This document shows positions 37,464 through 45,016 of a DNA stretch of 64,000 nucleotides, piece by piece. A program made the position numbers and the translations under genes. Below the pieces are notes generated by a model that saw nothing but the letters and a program-made list of their open reading frames with translations, made no database searches and was not told the origin of the DNA. Source of the DNA: Bacteroidota bacterium. GTDB lineage: Bacteria > Bacteroidota > Bacteroidia > 2-12-FULL-35-15. Numbering within the stretch: position 1 is the stretch's first letter; each line of letters opens with the position of its first letter. Location: NCBI GenBank assembly GCA_025963725.1, contig JAOQAE010000004.1:243616-307615 (forward strand), given 5' to 3'.

Positions 37464-39809
37464 TTACTTTTTGATCAGATTAATTTCCATTTCGAGCTCT
37501 GTGTATACTTGTGTGCAAACCTCTTCCAGCTCGGAAACGAGGGCGCCTATTTTTTCTGTGTTTTGCTTTGTGCCGGCATATTCCTGGATCTGCCTGGCTT
37601 TGTTCTCAAAATGTCCGCTTATGCCCATGATCGAGAATGAGGGGATCATTTTATGAACAGCTGCCTGCAGTGTCGGCCAGTCTTCAGTTACAAGGCACTG
37701 CTTCATTTCACTGATCAGGGACGGTGTTTGCTCCAGGTAAAGCGAGATCATTTCATTGATCAAGCTTTGGTTATTCCGTGTATGCTTTTTTATATAGTCG
37801 AGGTTCGTGTATTTTTCCTGTGCCGGCAGCTCTGCCCTTTCTTTATGTCCGGTTTCCCTGCCATCACCTTTTTTCAGGTATTTGATGATCTTGCTGTACA
37901 GGAGCTTGTCGTCGATCGGCTTGGAGATATAGTCATTCATTCCTACGGCCTTGCATTTTTCAACGTCAACCGTGGTCACATCTGCCGTAAGCGCGATGAT
38001 GGGCACTTGAGAGTCCATGTTGCGGCGGATATACTCAGTGGCCTCGAAGCCGTTCATTTCGGGCATCTGGAGGTCCATCAGGATAATGTCATACGAGGTC
38101 GTCTTCATTTTTTCAATAGCGATCTTTCCATTGCCGGCGATCTCCATTTCGAAGCCGAATTCTTCAAGCAGCGTTTTCATGAGCAGCTGATTCAGCGCAA
38201 TGTCTTCCACCACAAGGATCTTCACATTCTTTATTCCTGTTTCCAGCTCTATTCCCATATCAGCTTCTGTTTCCACGCTGGCGTTTGTTTTCAGGAAGCT
38301 CAGGCAAAATGCGAAAGTAGAGCCCTGGCCCAGCTTGCTTTTTACGGTGATGCTTCCGCCCTGGGACTCCACAAGCTGCTTCACAATGGCAAGCCCGAGC
38401 CCCGTGCCTCCGTACAACCTGGAAGTGCCGCTGGTAGCCTGCTGGAAATCATCAAAGATGTTTCCGAGCTTGTTTTCCGGGATGCCGATACCTGTGTCTG
38501 TAATGGCGAATTCGATGGTAACGACCTCCGAAGTTTCTTCGAGAAGGCGCACGCAAACAGTGATCTTTCCTTCGGAAGTGAATTTTACCGCGTTGCCCAC
38601 CAGGTTCAGTATGATCTGGTGAAGACGCACAGGATCGCCCAGTAAAATTTCAGGGATCGCCGGATCATACTCTTTGATCAGCTCCAGGTTCTTTTCATGG
38701 ATCTTGGTTTCAAATAAATGGAGCATGGCGGAAATGGAGGAGGAGAGCTTGAAAGGGACATGTGCAAATGTCATTTTTCCTGCGTCCACCTTTGCAAGGT
38801 CAAGTATATCATTGATCAGTACGATGAGTGCATCGCCCGATATTTTTATCGCATTTAAATATTCCTGCTGCTTTTTGCTCAGCTCTGTTTTCAGCACCAC
38901 TTTTGTAAAGCCGATGATCGCATTCATCGGCGTCCTGATCTCATGGCTCATGTTCGAAAGGAACTGCTGCTTCGATTTTACGGCAGCTTCTGCAATTTGC
39001 GTTGCGCTTTCAGCCTTGCTTTTTGCCTGCTCTGCAATTTCGGTTGCAAGCTCTGCAAATACTTTGGCTTCGGTAAGCTCAGTAGCAATGCGTTTCTGCT
39101 CGGTAACATCCCGTGCAACGATCACTACGCCGAGTACATTTCCCCTGTCGTCCTTATAAACAGAACCGTTGAAGCGCACATCCGTAAGCTTTCCATTCTT
39201 GTGGCGAAGCGTAAGCGGGGAATCGGCAACGGAGCCTTTTGCAAACACTTCCTCGTATACTTCGCGTGCTTTCTGGGGCTCGGTAAAATAGTCGAAGAAG
39301 TCGGTGCCTTTCAGGTTCTCGCGTGTAATGCCAGTAATATTGACAGTTGCCTGGTTCATATCTGTGATCTTTCCTTCGGTGCTGATGGTAACCAAAGGAT
39401 CGAGGCTGGCTTCGATGAGGCTGAGTGAATAATTGAAAAGAAGCTTTTGCGCAGTTACATCCCTCGCTACGATCACTACACCAAGCGCATTGCCTGCATC
39501 ATCCCTGTAAACTGAGCCATTGAATAATACATCGGTAAGCTTGCCGTTCCTGTGGCGCAGTGTTAGCGGGGAATCCGTCACTGAGCCGTTTGCAAAAACC
39601 TCGCGGTATACTTCACGTGCTTTTTGCGGGTCGGTGAAATAATCGAAGAAATCGGTTCCCGTGAGCTTTTCGCGGGTAATGCCGGTTATATTCGCCAGCG
39701 CCTCATTCATGTCGGTGATCTTGCCTTCGATGCTGATGGTGATCAGCGGGTCGAGGCTGGCTTCGATCAGCCTTCTTGCGTAATGTGATTCTTGTCTTCT
39801 TGTTTCCAT
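37464..39809 (-). CDS. Hybrid sensor histidine kinase: PAS-PAS-HisKA-HATPase_c-REC-HPt
   Basis: Two near-identical PAS modules; H-box SHEIRTPMNAIIGF; G-boxes DTGIGIPENKLGNIFDDFQQ...GGTGLGLAIVKQLV; receiver KILVVEDIALNQLL...LMDLQMPEMNGFE; C-terminal HPt-like HKMIPSFSIMGI. Confidence 0.85.
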   Translation of the reverse strand: METRRQESHYARRLIEASLDPLITISIEGKITDMNEALANITGITREKLTGTDFFDYFTDPQKAREVYREVFANGSVTDSPLTLRHRNGKLTDVLFNGSVYRDDAGNALGVVIVARDVTAQKLLFNYSLSLIEASLDPLVTISTEGKITDMNQATVNITGITRENLKGTDFFDYFTEPQKAREVYEEVFAKGSVADSPLTLRHKNGKLTDVRFNGSVYKDDRGNVLGVVIVARDVTEQKRIATELTEAKVFAELATEIAEQAKSKAESATQIAEAAVKSKQQFLSNMSHEIRTPMNAIIGFTKVVLKTELSKKQQEYLNAIKISGDALIVLINDILDLAKVDAGKMTFAHVPFKLSSSISAMLHLFETKIHEKNLELIKEYDPAIPEILLGDPVRLHQIILNLVGNAVKFTSEGKITVCVRLLEETSEVVTIEFAITDTGIGIPENKLGNIFDDFQQATSGTSRLYGGTGLGLAIVKQLVESQGGSITVKSKLGQGSTFAFCLSFLKTNASVETEADMGIELETGIKNVKILVVEDIALNQLLMKTLLEEFGFEMEIAGNGKIAIEKMKTTSYDIILMDLQMPEMNGFEATEYIRRNMDSQVPIIALTADVTTVDVEKCKAVGMNDYISKPIDDKLLYSKIIKYLKKGDGRETGHKERAELPAQEKYTNLDYIKKHTRNNQSLINEMISLYLEQTPSLISEMKQCLVTEDWPTLQAAVHKMIPSFSIMGISGHFENKARQIQEYAGTKQNTEKIGALVSELEEVCTQVYTELEMEINLIKK
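39102..39770. repeat. Recent tandem duplication (~350 bp x2, roughly 80% nt identity) encoding the two PAS domains of the hybrid kinase
   Basis: Protein residues 14-130 and 131-~236 align nearly residue-for-residue (LIEASLDPLITISIEGKITDMNEALANITGITREKLTGTDFFDYFTDPQKAREVY... vs LIEASLDPLVTISTEGKITDMNQATVNITGITRENLKGTDFFDYFTEPQKAREVY...). The DNA blocks ggtgatcagcgggtcgaggctggcttcgat / ggtaaccaaaggatcgaggctggcttcgat also align. Confidence 0.85.
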
Positions 39810-39817
39810 GTGTATGC

Positions 39818-40393
39818 TTAGCTATTTGGGTTCCCGATCTCTTCGATGGGGACGCGCCGCTGCGTCTTTAGCTTTTTGAAGTGTGAAGGGGAGAGGCCGG
39901 TCATTTTTTTGAACTGGTTGGATAAGTGGGCTACGCTGCTGTAGTTCATTTTCCAGGCAATTTCGGTAATGTTCAGTTCATCGTAAATGATGAGCTCCTT
40001 GATGCGCTCTATTTTATGGGAGATAATGAATTGCTCGATGGTGGTACCCTGCACCTCTGAAAAGAGGTTGGCGAGATACGTATAATCGTGGTTCATCTTT
40101 TCACTCAGGAAGTCGGAGAAATTCACTTTGATCATTTCATCCGTATGATGCACCATTTCGATGATCACATTTTTTATTTTTTCGATAAGCATGGATCTTT
40201 TGTCGTCCATAAGCTCCAGCCCGGAAGAAAGCAAAGATGCTTTCAGCTCTGCCCGCTGGGCAATGGAGATGTTTTCCATGATCTCCACTTCCCCAAGGTC
40301 GACCACAATGAAGTGCAGGCCAAGTTTCTTCAGGTCTTCCTTCACCGCTAATTTACAGCGGTTGCTTACCATGTATTTTATGTATAATTTCAA
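39818..40393 (-). CDS. Small AraC/XylS-family transcriptional regulator #1 (about 190 aa; C-terminal HTH_18); the start at 40393 is TTG, alternative ATG at 40372
   Basis: C-terminal ITEIAWKMNYSSVAHLSNQFKKMTGLSPSHFKK (AraC HTH signature region). The N-terminus KLYIKYMVSNRCK is conserved with paralog #2, where it follows an ATG. Confidence 0.7.
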   Translation of the reverse strand: MKLYIKYMVSNRCKLAVKEDLKKLGLHFIVVDLGEVEIMENISIAQRAELKASLLSSGLELMDDKRSMLIEKIKNVIIEMVHHTDEMIKVNFSDFLSEKMNHDYTYLANLFSEVQGTTIEQFIISHKIERIKELIIYDELNITEIAWKMNYSSVAHLSNQFKKMTGLSPSHFKKLKTQRRVPIEEIGNPNS

Positions 40394-40416
40394 ATTTACG
40401 CTCCGTGCTTTGTTTC

Positions 40417-40485
40417 CTCAAAGGTGAGGGGATCTGTGACGCAAAGTGTTATACAATTTTTGGGAAAAGTTATATAAATCACACA
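40417..40485 (-). promoter_or_regulatory. Composite promoter copy F (AraC #1): GTTATA 40447-40452; GTTATATAAATCACACA 40469-40485; -7 box CACCTTTG (complement of 40419-40426)
   Basis: Divergent half-site sequence (GTTATA) but identical geometry (22 bp between half-sites; 20 nt to the -7 box). Confidence 0.45.
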
Positions 40486-40501
40486 TTTTTGGCCGGCGGG
40501 C

Positions 40502-41062
40502 TTATATGTTTTCGAGGTTGCCCTTGCGCTTTTGTTTCAGTTGCTTGTAGAAGGAAGGGGAGAGCCCGGTCACTTTTTTGAACTGCTTGGATAAGTGCGC
40601 CACGCTGCTGTAGTGCAGCTTGTAGGAGATCTCGGTAAGGTTCAGCTCATCATACAGGAGCAGCTCTTTCACGCGTTCGATCTTATGAATGATGATGAAC
40701 TGCTGGATGGTGATACCCTTTACCTCGGAAAAAATGTTGGACAGGTAGGTATAGTCGTAATTCAACTTTTCGGCGATGTGATTGGAATAATTGATCTTGG
40801 GCAGCTCATCCGAATAATGGATCATTTCGGTGATCACATTCTTGATCTTCTCGATCAGGATGCTTTTTTTGTCATCCAGCAGCTCAAGGCCCGATTTCAG
40901 CAGATTGGCTTTCAGCAGGTCGCGCTGTTCCTTTGTAAGATCCTCCAGCACATCCACCAGTCCGAGGTCAACCATCACATACCTTAAGCCCAGCTTTTTC
41001 AGTTCTGTTTTTACGATCATTTTGCAGCGGAGGCTGACCATGTATTTAATGTAGAGCTTCAT
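40502..41062 (-). CDS. Small AraC/XylS-family transcriptional regulator #2 (paralog of #1)
   Basis: MKLYIKYMVSLRCKMIVK... C-terminal LTEISYKLHYSSVAHLSKQFKKVTGLSPSFYKQ; about 60% identical to #1. ATG at 41062 chosen over the longer ORF to 41131. Confidence 0.7.
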   Translation of the reverse strand: MKLYIKYMVSLRCKMIVKTELKKLGLRYVMVDLGLVDVLEDLTKEQRDLLKANLLKSGLELLDDKKSILIEKIKNVITEMIHYSDELPKINYSNHIAEKLNYDYTYLSNIFSEVKGITIQQFIIIHKIERVKELLLYDELNLTEISYKLHYSSVAHLSKQFKKVTGLSPSFYKQLKQKRKGNLENI

Positions 41063-41211
41063 TAAGAGTAATTGATAGTTGATCTGCCTGGCGAAAAAAG
41101 AGAGCTGAAAAGCCCTCTCGCCGTGTATCAAATATACGTATAAATGCTGAAATCAACTGTTATTTTGCTCCAGCAGGGTCAGGTTTCAAATGCCGGTTCC
41201 CGGCTTTTGGG

Positions 41212-42282
41212 TTAGTGTTTTCTTTTCGCCCGCTCATATTGCAGCGGCCATTGAGGATCTGTGCCCAGCTCGGTGGCAGCCCTTCTCGGGAAATAGGGGT
41301 CGCGCAGGAATTCACGGGCGAGGAATACGAGGTCGGCCCTGCCTTCTTCAATAATTTCGTTTGCTTCTTTGGAGGTGGTGATCAGCCCTACGGCGCCCGT
41401 CATGATCCCGCCGGCTTTCCTGATGTTCTCCGCAAAGCTTACCTGGTACAGCGGCTTTACAGGGATCTTTACATCCGGCGCATTTCCGCCTGTGGAGCAG
41501 TCGATCAGGTCGATCGTTTTTGTTTTCAGAAGTGTTGCCAGCTTTATTGAATCATCTTCATTCCATCCGCCTTCTTTCCAGTCGGTGGCGGAGATCCTTA
41601 CAAACATCGGAAATTCTTCCGGCCAAACGGTTCTTACGCTTTCAATGACCTCCAGCAAAAAACGGCATCGGTTGTTGAAAGAGCCGCCGTATTCGTCGCT
41701 GCGCCTATTGCTCAATGGCGAAAGAAATTCGTTGAGGAGGTATCCGTGTGCGGCATGCAGCTCAATTACTTTGAACCCGGCTTTTTTCGCCCTTCCGGCA
41801 GCATCCCGGAAATCGCTGATCACTTTCTTTATTTCCTGGATGCTTAATTCCTTTGGCACAGCGTCGCCTTCCTTAAATGCAAGGGCGCTTGGGGCGCAGG
41901 TTTGCCAGCCGCCCGCTTCTTTCGGTAATTCTTTGCTGCCTTCCCATGGCGGCAGCTGGCTCGATTTCCTTCCTGCATGTGCGATCTGGATGCCGGGTAC
42001 GGAGCCTTGCTTTTCTATAAATGAAGTAATGCGCCGTAAAAACGGGATGTGCTCGTCCTTCCAGATGCCAAGGTCTCCCGGCGAGATCCTGCCTTCCGGT
42101 GAAACGGCAGTGGCTTCCGTGAATATAAGCCCGGCACCGCCAACAGCCCTGCTGCCGAGATGAACAAGGTGCCAGTCGCCGGCGAAGCCATCCTCGCTCG
42201 AGTACTGGCACATGGGCGATACAACAATGCGGTTCTTCAGCTGTATGTTTTTAATGGTAAGAGGAGAGAATAATGTGGGCAT
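41212..42282 (-). CDS. NADH:flavin oxidoreductase / Old Yellow Enzyme family (NamA-like)
   Basis: LFSPLTIKNIQLKNRIVVSPMCQYSS...HAAHGYLLNEFLSPLSNRRSDEYGGS...GNAPDVKIPV; TIM-barrel OYE signature residues. Start MPTLF (42282) chosen. Confidence 0.8.
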   Translation of the reverse strand: MPTLFSPLTIKNIQLKNRIVVSPMCQYSSEDGFAGDWHLVHLGSRAVGGAGLIFTEATAVSPEGRISPGDLGIWKDEHIPFLRRITSFIEKQGSVPGIQIAHAGRKSSQLPPWEGSKELPKEAGGWQTCAPSALAFKEGDAVPKELSIQEIKKVISDFRDAAGRAKKAGFKVIELHAAHGYLLNEFLSPLSNRRSDEYGGSFNNRCRFLLEVIESVRTVWPEEFPMFVRISATDWKEGGWNEDDSIKLATLLKTKTIDLIDCSTGGNAPDVKIPVKPLYQVSFAENIRKAGGIMTGAVGLITTSKEANEIIEEGRADLVFLAREFLRDPYFPRRAATELGTDPQWPLQYERAKRKH

Positions 42283-42646
42283 ATCCGGGGTGCGTTTTAT
42301 GTACAATTGATATAAAAAAAGATGCCGCTTCGGGCATATTATTTTATATCAAAAGTAACTAAAACAGGAGAAGGGATTTGTATTTAATTTGAATTCCCGG
42401 ATATGCAGGATTCCCGGAAAAATAGTTCAAGGCCTGTGAAAAAATGTTACCTGCCTTCATTGAAATGCCATTTATTATTTGTAATTTCATGCTACAGTGT
42501 TCATTCTCCACTACTCCGGAGAAGATACTGTGTAACAAAATAAATTCCCTGTAAATTTTCAAAGGGCTTAATGGGCCGCAGGAATCTTCAGATCGAAGCC
42601 GGCGCCAAACAATTGCTCTGCCATTAATCTTAACCAAAACAACACC

Positions 42647-44647
42647 ATGAAAAAAACATCAGCTCTTTATTCCTTATTTTTATTCACGTTCTTAATGATC
42701 ATCGGCTCTGCTAAAAGCCAGGTGATCTATACTATTGCCGGTACCGGCATGGCCGGTTATAACGGCGACGGGATCTCATCGGCATCGGCCCAGTTATCAT
42801 ATCCTACAGCAGTTGCGGTGGATACAGCCGGAGCTGTTTATATAGCCGATCAAACCAATTTCCGCATCAGGAAGATCAGTCCGTCCGGTATGATCACCAC
42901 CATTGCCGGTAATGGCATTGCCGGTTACGGCGGTGATGGCGGGCCTGCTGTCAGCGCTTACATACAGGGAGCGTATGATGTGTGGGTCGACCGTTTGGGA
43001 AATGTATATTTCGCCGACAATGCGAATAACATGATCCGGAAAGTGTCACCTTCAGGGATCATTACACGCGTGGCAGGTACTGGCGCTTCGGGCTTCAGTG
43101 GCGACGGCGGATTGGCAACGGCTGCCAAATTAAAAAGCCCCGCGGGTGTCGCGGTAGATTCTGCAGGCAATATTTACATCGGGGATGGCGGAAATAACCG
43201 CATCCGGGTTGTGAATACGGCAGGGATCATCGCCACCTATGCAGGTACCGGCGTGGCGGGCGCGCTTGGCGATGGCGGGCCTGCGGGTGCCGCGCAGTTT
43301 TACAGCAATGGTAAAATGGCATTTGATAAATACGGAAATATGTATGTTGCAGATAATGGCAACCGGAAGGTGCGTAAGATCACGCCTGTGGGTATCATTA
43401 CCACGGTGGCGGGAAATGGTTCGGGCGGTTACAGTGGAGACGGGGGCCCGGCTACCAGCGCTTCTTTTAGTTATCCCTTTGGAATTTCAGTAGATACTAC
43501 CGGAAATATTTATATTGATGACTATACGAACAGGCGTGTACGGCTCGTGAACGTAGGAGGCATTATCTCTACGTATGCGGGGAACGGAGGCACAGGCTAC
43601 ACAGGCGATGGCGGCCCTGCTACAAGTGCACAGGTATCGCCGCAGGGATCAACCAGTGATAAATATGGAAACCTCCTCATCGCAGACATTACGAATCACT
43701 GTATCAGGAAAGTGGTTCCGGTTTGCGTTGCCCCGGGGCCGCCGGCCAGCACCACACCACCTTCCGCGCTGAGCAAATGCTCCGGACAAAGTACAACATT
43801 AAGCGTTATGGACCCAGGTGCCATCAAATGGTATGCAAGCGCGAGCGGTGGCGTCAGCCTTGGTACCGGCTTTAATTTCACCACGCCTACTTTGTATGCG
43901 GATACGGTATTTTATGCGGAAACAAAAACCTGTGCAGTGAGCACATCACGAACTGCTTTTATGATCAGCGTTCATCCGTATCCGGTAGTAACAGCTACGG
44001 CCGACACCACCGTGTGTAACGGCTCTTCCATTGTGCTGAACGGAAGCGGCGCTTCTGCCTATAGCTGGACAGGAGGGATCACAAACGGAGTTGCATTTTC
44101 CGCTACTTCTACGATGAGCTACACGGTAACAGGAACGGATACCAACGGATGTGCGTCCACGGCCAGTACCGTGGTTACTGTAAATACACCTGATGCTTCG
44201 TTCACAGCTTCAGGTGCCACCTTAACGGCCAATGCCACAAGTGCGGCCTATCAATGGTACGATTGCAATGCCGCAACATCCATTCCGGGCGAAACAAGCC
44301 AGAGCTATACAAGCACTACAGGAGGCAGCTATGCCTTGATCATAAACCAGGGCGGTTGTGTGGATACCTCCTCATGTTATGTGATCTCTTTTGCAGGCAT
44401 TGATCATGCGGTAAGTAATGAGATGTTCACGGTATCCCCGAACCCTGCCGATGATGAAATTATGATTAGCTTTTCATTGAATAAGGACGCAGCCATGCAA
44501 ATTTTGAATCCGCTTGGACAAATAGTATACAATGCGATCATAGCAAAAGAGCAGCCGGTGATTTCTGTTGATGTGAGTGGATTCCCGGCGGGAGTTTATT
44601 ATCTGAAGCTGAATGATGGCAGCGTACTGAAATTAATTGTGCGGTAG
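42647..44647 (+). CDS. NHL-repeat beta-propeller protein with Ig-like region and T9SS C-terminal sorting domain
   Basis: Signal peptide; six or more NHL-type repeats (IAG.G..GY.GDGGPA..A.L..P.GVAVD..GN.YIAD..N..IRK); C-terminal TVSPNPADDEIMISFSL...GVYYLKLNDGSVLKLIVR. Confidence 0.75.
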   Translation: MKKTSALYSLFLFTFLMIIGSAKSQVIYTIAGTGMAGYNGDGISSASAQLSYPTAVAVDTAGAVYIADQTNFRIRKISPSGMITTIAGNGIAGYGGDGGPAVSAYIQGAYDVWVDRLGNVYFADNANNMIRKVSPSGIITRVAGTGASGFSGDGGLATAAKLKSPAGVAVDSAGNIYIGDGGNNRIRVVNTAGIIATYAGTGVAGALGDGGPAGAAQFYSNGKMAFDKYGNMYVADNGNRKVRKITPVGIITTVAGNGSGGYSGDGGPATSASFSYPFGISVDTTGNIYIDDYTNRRVRLVNVGGIISTYAGNGGTGYTGDGGPATSAQVSPQGSTSDKYGNLLIADITNHCIRKVVPVCVAPGPPASTTPPSALSKCSGQSTTLSVMDPGAIKWYASASGGVSLGTGFNFTTPTLYADTVFYAETKTCAVSTSRTAFMISVHPYPVVTATADTTVCNGSSIVLNGSGASAYSWTGGITNGVAFSATSTMSYTVTGTDTNGCASTASTVVTVNTPDASFTASGATLTANATSAAYQWYDCNAATSIPGETSQSYTSTTGGSYALIINQGGCVDTSSCYVISFAGIDHAVSNEMFTVSPNPADDEIMISFSLNKDAAMQILNPLGQIVYNAIIAKEQPVISVDVSGFPAGVYYLKLNDGSVLKLIVR

Positions 44648-44656
44648 TTAGGATAC

Positions 44657-44683
44657 GGCCTCTTCTTCGGAAGAGGCCTTTGC
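44657..44683 (+). terminator. Hairpin terminator GGCCTCTTC-TTCG-GAAGAGGCC + TTTGC
   Basis: Perfect 9-bp stem 10 bp after the stop codon; short T-run. Confidence 0.6.
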
Positions 44684-45016
44684 TTATCAGCTACGAATGA
44701 CTATATAAATAGTATTAAATCAATATCACATACTACCTTATTTATAGTTTATCAAAAATATTTCATGTCAAAAGACACTTTTCATTGGTTTGTAATAAAG
44801 CCAGTGGAAATTAATGTGTTACACTTCTGGCTTTGATTTAGCGTGAAATAGCTGCTCTTCAAAACAGGTATTTTTACCTATTGCTTTTCTTTAAAAGAAT
44901 CCTTCCCTTTACAATATTCAGGTTTAATAAAGCGTTTTTTTGTTCCGTCCGAATTAATATTAAAATTCCTGGTATCTAAATCACGGAAGCCCGTTATATC
45001 ATTTAAATAAATAATT

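Noticed and set aside
40393-40393. Several track ORFs begin at non-ATG codons (TTG at 31540 and 40393, GTG at 10469)
   Set aside because: Not errors. csbD was re-called at the downstream ATG (31507). The TTG (AraC #1) and GTG (sensor kinase) starts were kept because the encoded N-termini are conserved with paralog #2 (AraC #1) or form a plausible signal peptide (kinase).
42359-42637. 92-aa minus-strand ORF in the spacer before the NHL-repeat gene
   Set aside because: No recognisable features and odd composition; the spacer is more likely the promoter/leader of the NHL gene.
44813-44823. Single GTGTTACAC half-site in the leader of the giant operon, resembling the regulon motif
   Set aside because: Only one half-site with no partner at 21 bp and no CAnnTTTG box at the right distance; probably chance.
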